Below are positions 38,337 through 49,119 of a stretch of 61,424 bases of DNA, in pieces. The notes beneath the pieces were generated by a model that saw nothing but the letters and a program-made list of their open reading frames with translations, ran no database searches and was not told where the DNA came from. Position numbers and translations under genes: made by a program. Position 1 is the stretch's first letter. Every line of letters starts with the position of its first letter. Source of the DNA: an uncultured Verrucomicrobiales bacterium (GTDB lineage: Bacteria; Verrucomicrobiota; Verrucomicrobiia; Verrucomicrobiales; DEV007); the NCBI GenBank assembly GCA_938091905.1, contig CALKOM010000036.1, positions 1 through 61,424 on the forward strand. Reading direction: 5' to 3'.

Positions 38337-39450
38337 GCGCGATACCTTGGCGCCTTATGCGCAAAGGGTCGATCAATCAGCTGGTCGTGGGCATGCTGAG
38401 CGGCAGCATCACTACCGTACGGACTATCAGAGAGACCGTGCACGAGTCATTCATTCCCGAGCCTTTCGCCGACTAGAAAGGAAAACCCAAGTCTTTCTCA
38501 ACGGCACAGGCGATCACTTTCGCACGCGCCTCACTCATACGATCGAAGTTTCTTCGATCACGCGGGCGATTGCCTGTGCTCTAGCATTAAATGAGGATCT
38601 TGCGGAAACAATCGCTCTTGCGCACGATCTGGGGCACGCGCCGTTTGGCCATTCCGGAGAGAAGAAGCTCAATGAACTCATGCGAGGGCAGGGTGGTTTC
38701 GAGCACAATGTCCAGAGCTTTCGTGTTGTGGATTTGATAGAGTCCAAGTATCCGGAGTTTCCTGGGCTCAATCTAAGCTACGAAGTGCTTGAAGGCTTGC
38801 GAAAGCATAATCGGGGCTATGAGCGCCCAGCCTTTGGAGACTGTCCTTCCGAAAGTTTCGCCCAACCGACCCTCGAAGGTCAGGTGGCTAATCTCGCCGA
38901 TGAGATCACATACTATAGTCATGATCTTGATGACGGCCTTGAGTCGGGTCTCATCACGGTAGATCAGTTAGCCGATCTCGACATCTGGCGGACCTGTTGT
39001 GAGCAAGTGAACTCGCAGTTTCCGCATTTGGCTGGGGACCTTTATGTTAGGTATGTTATCCGTATCTTGATCGATATGCAGGTGGAGCGTCTGGTTGCCG
39101 AAACCAGACGCCGAATCACTGAGGCTTCGGTGCAGTCGCCCGATGACGTTCGGCGTCATCCTGACAGATTAGTTGCGTATGATCTTGGATTGAAACGGGC
39201 CAATCTCCAGCTCCGTGCCTTTCTCTACAAGAACCTCTACTACCATCCCGAGGTCAACGGCGCAAATATGGAAGCCACGGCAAAGATTGAAACAGTCTTT
39301 AAGCATTATGTCGATCACCCTGACGAACTCGGAAAGGAAACCGCCAAGCGTATCGACTCTGAAGGACTGGCTCGTACAGTTTGCGATTACATTGCTGGGA
39401 TGACGGATCGCTTTCTTCAAGATGAGTATGTTAGGCTCAGCGGTGTCTAG
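38302..39450 (+). CDS. dgt: Deoxyguanosinetriphosphate triphosphohydrolase (dGTPase-like, HD domain)
   Basis: RTDYQRDRARVIHSRAFRRL..KTQVF, RTRLTHTIEV, HDLGHAPFGHSGE, DYIAGMTD. Confidence 0.93.
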   Translation: MPTIRETLERRERDTLAPYAQRVDQSAGRGHAERQHHYRTDYQRDRARVIHSRAFRRLERKTQVFLNGTGDHFRTRLTHTIEVSSITRAIACALALNEDLAETIALAHDLGHAPFGHSGEKKLNELMRGQGGFEHNVQSFRVVDLIESKYPEFPGLNLSYEVLEGLRKHNRGYERPAFGDCPSESFAQPTLEGQVANLADEITYYSHDLDDGLESGLITVDQLADLDIWRTCCEQVNSQFPHLAGDLYVRYVIRILIDMQVERLVAETRRRITEASVQSPDDVRRHPDRLVAYDLGLKRANLQLRAFLYKNLYYHPEVNGANMEATAKIETVFKHYVDHPDELGKETAKRIDSEGLARTVCDYIAGMTDRFLQDEYVRLSGV

Positions 39451-39453
39451 ACT

Positions 39454-40551
39454 ATGGAAACCAAAGTTGCCCTCATCGAACGACCTGGCGGCCCCATCAG
39501 AGTCGAAGCAAAGCCGTTGCCGGAGCTTGAGCCCGGTTCTGTCCTGCTGCGCACGCGCTACAGCGAAGTGTGTGGAACGGACTGCCATCTGTTTCACGGC
39601 AAACTTGCCGGCGTTCCTTATCCACTAACTCCTGGCCATGTGAGCGTTGGCGAGATCGAGGCCATGAACGGTCCCGTTTATGATGTCGTTGGGCGCCCTT
39701 TTTCCGAGGGTGAACTCGTCACCTTCCTCGATGTACATGAAACGTGCGGCGCGTGCTGGCACTGCCTCGTGGCCAAAGCGGCTACTCGTTGCCCCTCGCG
39801 TCGTGTCTATGGAATCACGTACGGCACAGATGAAGGTTTGTTAGGGGGATGGAGCCAACATCTCTATCTCAAGCCCGGTGTCAGGCTCATTCGGCTACCG
39901 GAGGGGCTTGACCCACGTGTCTTTATCGCCGGCGGCTGTGGTATGCCAACGGCATTTCATGCGGTGGAGCGTGCGACCATTCAGTTAGGTGATACGGTTG
40001 TGGTTCAAGGAAGCGGGCCCGTTGGCCTGAGCACGGTGGCTTTTGCTCGTATGGCTGGAGCGGGGGAGATCATCTTGTTGGGAGCGCCGGAGAAACGGCT
40101 CGCCATGGGAACGAGCTTTGGGGCGGATCAAGTTATCGATATTCGAGGTCTTTCTTCTGAAGATCGCATTGCGTCTATCCTCGATCGAACTCAGGGATGG
40201 GGTGCGGATGTGGTGATCGAAGCCAGTGGTAATCCTGCAGCGGTTGCTGAAGGCGTTCGCATGGTGCGAGATGCGGGCACGTATGTGATTGTCGGTCAAT
40301 ACACTGACAACGGTGACGTGACATTGAATCCTCATCTCGATATCAACAAGAAGCACCTCGATATCCGAGGCTGCTGGGGCTCAGAGTTCACCCATGTCTA
40401 CAGAAGTATGGCCATGATGGCGCGGACAAAGGATCAGTTAGATTGGGCCTCCATGATTTCCCGAGATTACGGACTTGCTGAGGCTGCTCAGGCTCTAGCG
40501 GATGTCGAGAACTTGCAGGTGATCAAAGCGATTATTGACCCGTGGAAGTAG
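39454..40551 (+). CDS. Zinc-binding MDR alcohol dehydrogenase
   Basis: CGTDCH, GH, CGACWHC-x7-C structural Zn site, GSGPVG. Confidence 0.9.
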   Translation: METKVALIERPGGPIRVEAKPLPELEPGSVLLRTRYSEVCGTDCHLFHGKLAGVPYPLTPGHVSVGEIEAMNGPVYDVVGRPFSEGELVTFLDVHETCGACWHCLVAKAATRCPSRRVYGITYGTDEGLLGGWSQHLYLKPGVRLIRLPEGLDPRVFIAGGCGMPTAFHAVERATIQLGDTVVVQGSGPVGLSTVAFARMAGAGEIILLGAPEKRLAMGTSFGADQVIDIRGLSSEDRIASILDRTQGWGADVVIEASGNPAAVAEGVRMVRDAGTYVIVGQYTDNGDVTLNPHLDINKKHLDIRGCWGSEFTHVYRSMAMMARTKDQLDWASMISRDYGLAEAAQALADVENLQVIKAIIDPWK

Positions 40552-40554
40552 TCT

Positions 40555-41922
40555 TTAAGTCAACCGGCTTAGCACGGACGAAGCGAGACTGAGGACGAGG
40601 AAGAAGCCACACATGTCTGTGCAGGTTGTGAGAATGGGGCCGGACGCAAGGGCAGGGTCGACCTTGAAGCGCTTGAGGAGCAGGGGAACGAGTCCGCCAA
40701 TCAGGACAGAGACAATGGTATTTAATGCTAGGGCGCCGCCGATGACAAGGCTGAGGTAGAGATTGCCTTTCATCACGAAGACGATGGTACCTAATACGCA
40801 ACCGAGAACGAACCCGTTGAAGAACCCGAGCATGCTTTCCTTGAGAAGTACACGGAGGTAGTCGGCTGGTTTGAGTAGACCAAGCGTGAGCTCGCGGATG
40901 CTTACGGCGACGGCTTGGTTTCCTGAACAGCCGCTCATGTCTGAAACCACGGGAAGAAAGATGGCCAAGGCGACGACGGCTTGAAGCGTGTCTTCATAAG
41001 CCGCGATGACGCTAGCCGCGATCAAGTTTAAAACGATATTAGGTGCAAGCCAGGAGAAGCGGCGGATGCAGCGTTCGTGAAGCGGCATGCTGCGAAGTTC
41101 TTCGCCCGAAATGATCCCGCTAGATTTGAGGAAGGAGTCCGTTTGCCTTTCTGCGAGTGCTTCTTGCACGTTGTCTCGTGAGACGATCCCACGAAGAACG
41201 TCGTGTTCGTCAACGACAGGTAGCCCAAGAAAGGGCCTGGCTTCGAAGATGTCATCGAGATCCTCTAACGTATGATTCACGCTGACCCGGAAGGGCTCTG
41301 TGAGCATGACCTCGTCGATGGGAAGGGCACCGCGACTGAGGACGAGATCGCGTAGCCTGAGGACGCCAACGAGATGCTCGTCTTCATCCACTACATAAAC
41401 GTATTGAATATCGGGCTCATCCGAAGCCTCGGCTGTTTCCTGAAGAGACTGGACGACATCGCCGATGGTGGCGCTCCGCTGAAAAGCAAGGATATCCGAA
41501 TCCATGAGGCCGCCTGCGGTGTCCTTTCCGTAGGCGACACGATCCTGGAGATGGGCCTGATCCTCTGAATCATCGATCTCCGCTAGGATGGCAGAGGCAT
41601 CGTGGGCACCCATCTCTCGGAGTAAATCGCCTCCGACTTCCTTAGGGAGTTCCTGGACGATATCTGCTGCCGCGTCGGCAGGCATGTCCTCAAGCACGTC
41701 TACGGCCTGAGCCTCTGCTAAATGTTCTATAATGTAGGCAGCCTGCTCGGGTGACAGGAGAGCCATGAGATTCTCCCGTTCAGCTGCGTTTAGCCGGTCG
41801 ATGGCACGGCGCTGATCATCAATCGTGATGTCTGAGAGAAGCGCCTGGGCCTGGTTCGCGTCTCCATTGGCGAGGGAGACTAGCAGGGCTTCTTTGGTGG
41901 TATTGGTAGAAGGCTCAGGCAT
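40555..41922 (-). CDS. mgtE: Magnesium transporter MgtE
   Basis: Helical N-domain, TAGGLM plus CBS pair, SDMSGCSGNQ, DPALASGPILTTCTD. Start could be 41937. Confidence 0.93.
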   Translation of the reverse strand: MPEPSTNTTKEALLVSLANGDANQAQALLSDITIDDQRRAIDRLNAAERENLMALLSPEQAAYIIEHLAEAQAVDVLEDMPADAAADIVQELPKEVGGDLLREMGAHDASAILAEIDDSEDQAHLQDRVAYGKDTAGGLMDSDILAFQRSATIGDVVQSLQETAEASDEPDIQYVYVVDEDEHLVGVLRLRDLVLSRGALPIDEVMLTEPFRVSVNHTLEDLDDIFEARPFLGLPVVDEHDVLRGIVSRDNVQEALAERQTDSFLKSSGIISGEELRSMPLHERCIRRFSWLAPNIVLNLIAASVIAAYEDTLQAVVALAIFLPVVSDMSGCSGNQAVAVSIRELTLGLLKPADYLRVLLKESMLGFFNGFVLGCVLGTIVFVMKGNLYLSLVIGGALALNTIVSVLIGGLVPLLLKRFKVDPALASGPILTTCTDMCGFFLVLSLASSVLSRLT

Positions 41923-42046
41923 TGCTATTTTACCCATACGCCAGCCATACGGTCGCGCCAGCGCTTTGCCGTATTTCGTGGAGGCGATTACAAATCGTTT
42001 CGTCGATTCTATTAGCTTCTGTGCCTCCGCGAGGCGTTCTTTAGAT

Positions 42047-42829
42047 ATGAAACACAAATGGAAAGTGGGTAGCTGGTTTGGAACGGGGGTCTATCTGCAT
42101 TGGACATTCCTGGCCTTTCTCGCGTGGGTCTTCCTCTTCAGTGGTGGCATCGCTGGTGCTTTATTCATGCTGGCGATCTTCGCCTGCGTGGTCGCTCACG
42201 AGTATGGGCATGTTCTTATGGCCCGCCGCTATGGTATCGGGACGCGTGATATTACTCTCTATCCGATCGGTGGTGTCGCCGCATTGCACTCACTACCAAA
42301 GAAGCCAGGCGAAGAAATCGCGGTGGCTCTTGCAGGGCCAGCGGTGAACATCGCAATTGCTTCGATCCTAGGCTCGGGGCTTCTTGTCACAGGTCAGTGG
42401 AGCTTGAACATGGCAACGCCCGGCGGATTCTTCAGCACAGTCGTCTTCGCGAACCTCTTTCTGGCAGGTTTCAACCTTCTTCCTGCTTTCCCCATGGATG
42501 GTGGACGGGTATTGCGAGCCTGGCTGGCCCGTCGGTATGACTATGCCACGGCGACTGACAAAGCGGCGAAGGTTGGTCGTGTGTTTGCGGGAATCTTTGC
42601 CCTACTAGCGATCATCGGATCGGCGCCCATGTTTCTGGTATTAGCCGCGTTCGTCTATTTGGCCGCAGGGGCCGAGCGACGCCAGGCTTTTATGGAGCGT
42701 GATGGCTCGCCGCTTGGTTGGGTGTTTCGTTCACCAACAACGCCCTCCGATGCACCTCGACCACGTTGGCGCAACGGCGATATCATTGATGTCGAAGTCG
42801 TTCCCCCACCGCCGAATGGTCGTCGATAG
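42047..42829 (+). CDS. Site-2 protease (M50) family
   Basis: HEYGH, ITLYPIGGVA, AGPAVN, FNLLPAFPMDGGR; start MKHKW at 42047; no CBS domains. Confidence 0.92.
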   Translation: MKHKWKVGSWFGTGVYLHWTFLAFLAWVFLFSGGIAGALFMLAIFACVVAHEYGHVLMARRYGIGTRDITLYPIGGVAALHSLPKKPGEEIAVALAGPAVNIAIASILGSGLLVTGQWSLNMATPGGFFSTVVFANLFLAGFNLLPAFPMDGGRVLRAWLARRYDYATATDKAAKVGRVFAGIFALLAIIGSAPMFLVLAAFVYLAAGAERRQAFMERDGSPLGWVFRSPTTPSDAPRPRWRNGDIIDVEVVPPPPNGRR

Positions 42830-42833
42830 ATCT

Positions 42834-43355
42834 TTAAGCGATGGGGTCGGTGCAGACGTCTCGCCGGCTGCACTTCGTGCAATGATGACCTAGATAAAGG
42901 TCATCGACAAACTCCATGAGCGGCTCGATCGTTTCCGGATCATCAGTGAAGATGCCCGCTTCAAAGTTGCGGCGGTGCACGCTCTTTGAGCCCATGCCTG
43001 CGCCGGTGAGATTTGCTGAGGTGATGAAGGCTTTTTTCCCGTCGATGATCAAGCACTTCATGTGCACCCGCGGACAGAGCAGTCGTTCGAAGAGACCTGA
43101 GTCGACGAGAGCTGGATAGCGATCAAAGTCCTCACGAAAGCGTGGACCAGGCTCTTTGGCATGAAAGAGTCTAATATGCACGCCGTTCTCGACCAGTTGA
43201 CTCAAGATGGCTAAGAAAGGGACAAATTTCTTTCGGCGTTCTACGTGAAGATCTTTGATGTCTGCTGTGACCAACCAGAGATAACGCTGCGCGGCGGGCA
43301 CCTCTTGCTGAAGGATCTCCGTGTAGATGTCGCGATTGAGAACGAGCCGATGCAT
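42834..43355 (-). CDS. Single-HKD phospholipase D-like (nuclease-type) protein with C-terminal Cys cluster
   Basis: CPRVHMKCLIID (HxKxxxxD), TSANLTGAG, NFEAG; C-terminal CTKCSRRDVC. Confidence 0.85.
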   Translation of the reverse strand: MHRLVLNRDIYTEILQQEVPAAQRYLWLVTADIKDLHVERRKKFVPFLAILSQLVENGVHIRLFHAKEPGPRFREDFDRYPALVDSGLFERLLCPRVHMKCLIIDGKKAFITSANLTGAGMGSKSVHRRNFEAGIFTDDPETIEPLMEFVDDLYLGHHCTKCSRRDVCTDPIA

Positions 43356-43416
43356 ATTGATGTGACCATTCGAGGAGGAGGCGTATCTAAGCAAGAGAAC
43401 TCCATTGACTTTGCCT

Positions 43417-43629
43417 ATGAACTCCCTTCGATTATTCGTCCTCGCCGCAGCTTGTCTCGGATTCTTCTGTCAATGTGCCTCCACCCAGACGGCGGCTCCT
43501 GCCGCACCTGTAGGTCCCGTGGTGACAGGGGATAATGCCGTGAAAGCCCTCGATGTGACCTACAAAGTGTTTAGTATTGCCAACATGGCGCGGGTTCTAG
43601 GGGGGGAGCTAAGGGCCCTGGGTGGTTGA
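43417..43629 (+). CDS. Small putative lipoprotein
   Basis: MNSLRLFVLAAACLGFFCQC-ASTQTAAPAAP; hydrophobic signal ending in Cys. Confidence 0.55.
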   Translation: MNSLRLFVLAAACLGFFCQCASTQTAAPAAPVGPVVTGDNAVKALDVTYKVFSIANMARVLGGELRALGG

Positions 43630-43666
43630 CCCGATCTCACGTTGAAGGTACGGTGATGACCCCCTT

Positions 43667-45260
43667 TTGTGTCGGGTGACTATTTTTAGTGCCTCCGCTC
43701 GCTCGTTGATTTCATGGTTTCTAATTGCCTACGCGTCTTCGTGTGCCCTTGCACCAGTCAAATTGCAGCGACTCGGGATTGGCGAATTGGGAGGGGCCTC
43801 TTCCGATCGCAGTAACCAGTTAGGAGCTCTGCTAGCATCCTCTGTTCGTGGCGCTGAGACGACGTCAGAGCTGGCTCGTTTCATCGAGGTCTGGAAAGCA
43901 GAAAGAGGGGCCGCCGACAAGGGTGAGGTGTTGGGTCCTGATGGGCGACGGTATCAAGTGAGCTTCGGAGGAGGCGCTCATGGTGGATACCCGCTGAGCT
44001 ACTTTGACGAGATCAGCTCGGCGGCGGATTACCGCGTGAAGAAGATCGATCACCTTAGACGAGATGGTGTTGGGGTTCCGTTGGTCGCTTTACGAGAGAA
44101 TCGCGGAGAATCTCCAATCGAGAAATTCTATCCTCCTGAGGCGATCACACGGCCGCTCACTGCGGTGATGGCTAAGAAGACAAACCGTGGGGGGACGACG
44201 GCTGTGGATATCGAGTTACTCTGCCCACTCCAGAACGACACCACGATCCTAGCAGGAGAACGACAGCAATTGGCGGCAGATTTCACCGTTCCGTGGGCGG
44301 CACTTCTCTCCCGTACGGCAGAATTGAATCGGGCTCAGTATTTCGATATTCTGACGGCGACTCCAAGTCGAGAGCCGCGGCTCTATCTGATGGAGCCCTA
44401 CGATCCTAACAAGGAGCCAGTCATCATGGTGCATGGCCTGCTGGACACGTCACTCGCCTTTGCCAAGCTGAGCAACGAACTCTGGGCGGATGACGCGATC
44501 CGGCGTCGGTATCAGATCTGGCATTACCTCTACAACACCTTCGCCCCTGCGCTCTACTCCGGAAGACTGTTACAGAGCCAACTCCGAGAGCTTCGTGGCT
44601 TGCTCGATCCAACGGGTCAGGATCGGGCGATGCAGTCGACGACGTTTCTTGCCCATAGCATGGGTGGAATCGTGACTCGCCGACTGATAACAGAACCTGA
44701 ATCGGCTTTCTGGGATGCCGCATTCAAGAAGCCGATTGACGAGCTCGTGCACTCAGATGCAGACCGAACGACGTTGAAGCAGGCGTTCTCCTGGGAGCCT
44801 GAGCAACATGTTCATCGCGTGATCTATTTGGCCGTGCCACACCGGGGGAGTGACTACGCAGATAACCGGATAGGCAAGCTGGGGCGATGGCTTGTGAAAC
44901 CACCCAACGCCTTTGCTGCTTTTTACAATAGAGTCTCTTCAGCGAACCTCGGAGTGTTTACAGACGAATATGCGCAGTTAGGCAGTGGCCGGCTTGATAG
45001 CGTGCATGCGCTCTCGCCGAAACAACCGACGTTGAAGATTTTGGCAAATTTACCAAACAGCCATCCTGTTCGCGTGCATAGCATCATCGGGAATCCCAAG
45101 CCTGAGGTCCCGCTTGTCGAGTCTTCGGATAGTGTATGTGCCATACTCCAGCAGTCATCTTGAGCATGCCGATTCCGAGAAAGTGGTGCCGTCGACACAC
45201 GGACTCATAGATCATCCTCACACGGTTACAGAGGTGAAACGAATTCTAAGGCTGCCTTGA
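43667..45260 (+). pseudogene. Alpha/beta hydrolase (lipase/esterase-like) with a single frameshift near the 3' end
   Basis: EPYDPNKEPVIMVHGL, AHSMGG, AVPHRGS. After SSDSV an extra base (~45137) separates the conserved tail VPYSSSHL..SEKVVPSTH....P.TV.EVKRIL (stop 45258-45260). Confidence 0.8.
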
Positions 45261-46426
45261 ATCAGGTATCTGATTTTTTAGCGTTTCTGGGCTTGCATCA
45301 GGTCCCGGTATTTCTTGGTGATAGTACTTATCCCTCAATAAAAAGACTTCTGCCTCTCGATGGTGGCGGAATAAGGGGAATCTTCTCGATCGGGGTGTTT
45401 AAGCGGGTCGAAGAGTTTCTGCGGGAGCGTTATCGGTGTGAGAACGCAGGATTTGTTCTAAAGGATTACTTCGATTTTGTTGGAGGGACGAATACCAGTG
45501 CGATCATTGCTGCTTTGCTGTCGAAAGGGCAATCGGTGCGATCGATTCGCGAGGCCTACGAGCATCTTGGACTGATCATCTTTCGTCGAAAACCCTTCTG
45601 GTGATCGTGGAGAAGCTTCAACGGTTCAGAGGACTTCGCTCAGGTATAGAAAGAGTCGTTTCCGGAGCCAGATGTTTCTCCGATGGCGTTGGGATCAGAC
45701 CACTTGGAAATCCTGTTAATGCTTTTCATGCGAGACGGATCCACCTGGCCGATCACCAATTATCCAGAAGCCATCTACAATCGCCGCGGACAAGATGGAT
45801 TCCCGGCTAATCTCGATCAGCCGCTGTGGCAACTGCTTCGCGCAAGTGCGGCGGCTCCAGCTTACTTCCCGGCGGAACTTGTAGAGTTCTATGCGATTGA
45901 TGGTGAGTTGAAATGGTTCGAGTTTGTGGATGGTGGCGTTAATCCATGAATTACCCCTGCATTGGCGATGTATTCGGCGACCACTCTTCCCGCCTATACG
46001 ATGAACTTTCCTGAGGAAGTAGAGCATCTCCAACTTTGCTCCATCGGGACTGGCAAACTCTCTTCGAAGCGAAAGCCGGGTGAACTGGCACGGAATAATC
46101 TCATAAGAGGCACGCTCCACACCCTGACCGGGTTTATGGAATCCGTGGAGAGTGAGCAAGCCAAACTCTGTCGCGCTCTTGGGCACTGTGTCCACGGCGG
46201 GCCCATCGATAGCAAAATCGGCAGCCTCCTAGAATCCGGTTGCGGGAACTTCCTCTACTGTCGCTACACGCAACGTTTCACGGAGAAAGACAATACCGAG
46301 TGCCGCAGCAAGTATGGATCGAAGCAGTCGTTTAGCCTTGATGACCTTAACAGTTTCTCAGTCCTGTTAAAAATTGGCAGGCGTTACGCTGCCGAGCACG
46401 TTATTTTTCAACACTTTCCGGAGTAG
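45257..46426 (+). pseudogene. Patatin-like phospholipase, disrupted
   Basis: LDGGGIRG, YFDFVGGTNTS (GxSxG degenerate), RASAAAPAYF, FVDGG, SIGTG; TGA at 45602, a frameshift, and TGA at 45947. Confidence 0.85.
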
Positions 46427-46483
46427 AAAGGTCGGTGAACTCTACCCCGGTTTTTTGTTGCCGACCTCTAAACGACGCTAGGA

Positions 46484-48286
46484 TCACGCGCTCGCGTCCG
46501 CTAAGGCTTTCTGCATGAGAAGAGCGGCGAGTTGTTGCGTGGCGTCGTCGAGTTCGGCGTTGGCTTGTTTGAGCTCAGTGGCATTTCTATTGGCGAGTGC
46601 TTGTTTCACCGCTTCGGTCGCATCCTGGATCTCCTGGCGATCAGTGTTGTCTAACTGGTCACCAATAAGCGCAAGCGCTTGATCGACGGCAGGAAGGAGT
46701 TCTTCACTCTTGAGCTTGGCTTCGGTGAAGACGCGTTCGCTCATGTCGTCAAAGGCGTGATCGACCGATTCGGAGATCATGGCTTCCACGCGTTTGTCGT
46801 CAACGTCGATGGCGGCGTTCTTGACCTCCAGCACTGTGTCTGTGTTTGTCTTTGTGTCTCGGGTAAGGACTTCGAGAATACCGTTCTCGTCGATCTGAAA
46901 TTGCACCCCGATCCGAGCGCTGCCCTTGGGGCCGGGGGTGAACGGAACCTCTACCTGTCCGAGTTCCCAATTGTCGCGGGCCATCTCGCGCTCTCCCTGG
47001 AGTACGCGAACAAGCATAGATGTCTGATCGGGCACGGCGTTGGTGAACATCTCGCCAGCCTTTGCCGGAATGGTCGTATTGCGCGGGATGATCACGTTCA
47101 TGAGGCCACCGAAGCTCTCAATGCCTAACGAAAGGGGCGTCACATCGAGCAGAACTATGTTTCGAAGAGTGCCCGACAGGATGCCCCCTTGAATGACGGC
47201 GCCCATGGCTACGGTTTCGTCTGGGTGTTGAGATGTGTTAGCTTCCTGTTGAAAGAGATCGGTCACAAACTGACGCACGAGAGGCATGCGAGTGCTACCT
47301 CCTACCAGGAGAACTTCGTCCAACTGATCAAGTTTGAGTTTGGCGTCATGCAAGGCTCGGAGACAGAGCGCTTTGGTCCGTTCGACGATCGGCCTTGCCA
47401 GTTGATCCAGAGTTTCGCGAGTGAGAGTGTATTCGAAGTGCTTATCGGCTTCAACGAAGGGCATCCGAATCAACTGGGAAGAGGCTTCTGAGAGGGCGAT
47501 CTTTGCAGCTTCAGCTTCTGCCCGGAACTTGATTTGAAGGGTGGCATCCTGTTCAGCTAACGTGAACTTGTTAGACTGGTAAGCCTGCCAAAGATGCTCG
47601 GAGATGGCGTGGTCAATGTCATCTCCTCCCAGGTAGGTGTCCCCATTTGTTGAGAGGACATGAAAGACACCGTCATGAATCTCGAGAATCGAGATGTCGA
47701 ATGTCCCGCCTCCGAGATCGTAAACAGCGATTCTTGCATGATCCTTGGACCTGTGGAGGCCGAAAGCAAGCGCCGCCGCTGTGGGTTCGTTTACAATGCG
47801 CTCAACTGTGAGGCCGGCGAGACCGCCTGCGCGCTTGGTCGCTTGGCGTTGCGCGTCGTTGAAGTAAGCGGGAACCGTGATGACTGCCCGGTCCATGGTG
47901 GTGCCCATGGCCGCTTCCGCCGAGGCTTTCAGCTCTTTTAGGATGAGTGCGGAGATTTCTTCGGGGCTGAGCGAGCCCTTGTTGCCAAGAGCCACTCTGA
48001 CATACCCCTCGTTGTCTGCGGTGAGGGGATAGGGATGGCGATCTCGCTCGACTTCGGCGAGACGTTTGCCCATGAGGCGTTTAACCGAGGTGACGACGCG
48101 ATCAGCTGACAGCGCTCGCTGCCGTAGGGCAGCCTCGCCGACAACGGGATCGCCAGAATCTGGAAAATGGATCGCGGACGGGATCGAGCGATGACCCTCT
48201 GCGTTGGCAAGGAGGATGGGAAAACCTGAGTCCACCGCTCCGATAAGCGAGTTGGTGGTTCCGAGATCGATTCCGAGAATGGCCAT
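46484..48286 (-). CDS. Hsp70 family chaperone (HscA/DnaK paralog)
   Basis: GIDLGTTNS, TVPAYFNDAQRQAT, YDLGGGTFDIS, VGGSTRMP, LDVTPLSLGIE. Confidence 0.93.
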   Translation of the reverse strand: MAILGIDLGTTNSLIGAVDSGFPILLANAEGHRSIPSAIHFPDSGDPVVGEAALRQRALSADRVVTSVKRLMGKRLAEVERDRHPYPLTADNEGYVRVALGNKGSLSPEEISALILKELKASAEAAMGTTMDRAVITVPAYFNDAQRQATKRAGGLAGLTVERIVNEPTAAALAFGLHRSKDHARIAVYDLGGGTFDISILEIHDGVFHVLSTNGDTYLGGDDIDHAISEHLWQAYQSNKFTLAEQDATLQIKFRAEAEAAKIALSEASSQLIRMPFVEADKHFEYTLTRETLDQLARPIVERTKALCLRALHDAKLKLDQLDEVLLVGGSTRMPLVRQFVTDLFQQEANTSQHPDETVAMGAVIQGGILSGTLRNIVLLDVTPLSLGIESFGGLMNVIIPRNTTIPAKAGEMFTNAVPDQTSMLVRVLQGEREMARDNWELGQVEVPFTPGPKGSARIGVQFQIDENGILEVLTRDTKTNTDTVLEVKNAAIDVDDKRVEAMISESVDHAFDDMSERVFTEAKLKSEELLPAVDQALALIGDQLDNTDRQEIQDATEAVKQALANRNATELKQANAELDDATQQLAALLMQKALADASA

Positions 48287-48314
48287 GCCAGTGACCTACA
48301 CCACGAATGCGTGT

Positions 48315-48338
48315 GAATGAACACGAATTCTTGCGGAA
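48315..48338 (+). repeat. 24-bp direct repeat, left copy
   Basis: GAATGAACACGAATTCTTGCGGAA; 23/24 identical to 55507-55530. Confidence 0.85.
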
Positions 48339-48399
48339 GCGTTGTGGCATCGTTGGTTGGCAGATCTTGACTATTGGCAGCAATGCGCTCGGTTTGGGG

Positions 48400-48820
48400 C
48401 AAGACTTCTCCGCAGATTTCTTGTCTTCACGATTTCGATAGTGGATGGGTCTAGCCGCCTTGGGCAACATGGACACCATCTGTTTCATTTCTGAGGCGTA
48501 GTCGGAATTGTTGATCTGATTCGTCTACTCGCGCGGGTGGATATAGTATTGATAGAATTCTTCGCCGCCACGGCCATAGCGAATGTAGCGCTGGTTCTCG
48601 GTTCGTATACTGAAGTGCACGTCGATCTTCCACATGTCGAGGAATCCTGTTATTGCGGGACGTGGCCACGGTGTGGCGGTATTCTTGAAAAGTGGCACGA
48701 GCGATTGGCAATCGTGTCCAAGGGGGCGGGTGGATATCTAGCAAAGAGACCACGCGATGACATTTCTGCTTCGGCTTGGGCACGCCGGGCGCGTTGATCA
48801 TCAGCAGCGAATGCAACCGA
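48400..48820 (-). pseudogene. Sulfatase C-terminal remnant
   Basis: LMINAPGV..VSLLDIHP / SLVPLFKN..W.RPAIT..FSIRTE..RYIRY..GEEFY..HPRE*TN (TAG in place of the usual Trp); frameshift; N-terminal part absent. Confidence 0.78.
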
Positions 48821-49119
48821 TAGATTAGGTAGCGGATTGTTGTGCGGCTTTGTTAGATAAGGCCGGCTGGTGTATCACCCAGCACAAACTCGACGCGATC
48901 CGCAAACCCTATATCATGGGTCACTACCGTTGCCCATACATCAGCCGAATGGTTTCGGCTGGGAATATCCAGCTCAAACAAGGTATCCTACAGGCTAACG
49001 CCGTTCTCTACAAACCATTTGCGTCCAAACTCGCCAAGGGAAACCTAGAGACGATGAAAGCTTTTGTCTCATCCGCGCTACCCGAATGATTTGTGTTTAT
49101 GATAAATAAAATATGGTGT

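Noticed and set aside
42834..46426. CBASS- or DISARM-like defence system (PLD plus patatin)
   Set aside because: No cyclase, methylase or helicase partners; the genes are on opposite strands and the patatin is a pseudogene.
46429..46467. AGGTCGG...CCGACCT inverted repeat between convergent genes as a terminator
   Set aside because: Loop is long and the T-run lies inside it; not a convincing intrinsic terminator.
46484..48286. Firm HscA/ISC cluster assignment
   Set aside because: No hscB or isc genes are adjacent; only Hsp70 family membership is supported.
12947..48510. Stop-codon recoding or selenocysteine to explain in-frame TAG/TGA in the EEP, patatin and sulfatase genes
   Set aside because: The same genes also have frameshifts and lost catalytic residues, and intact genes terminate normally at TAG and TGA.
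48850..49089. 79-aa ORF as a possible integrase remnant for the island
   Set aside because: No clear HxLR, LGH or Tyr motifs; the similarity is too weak to call.
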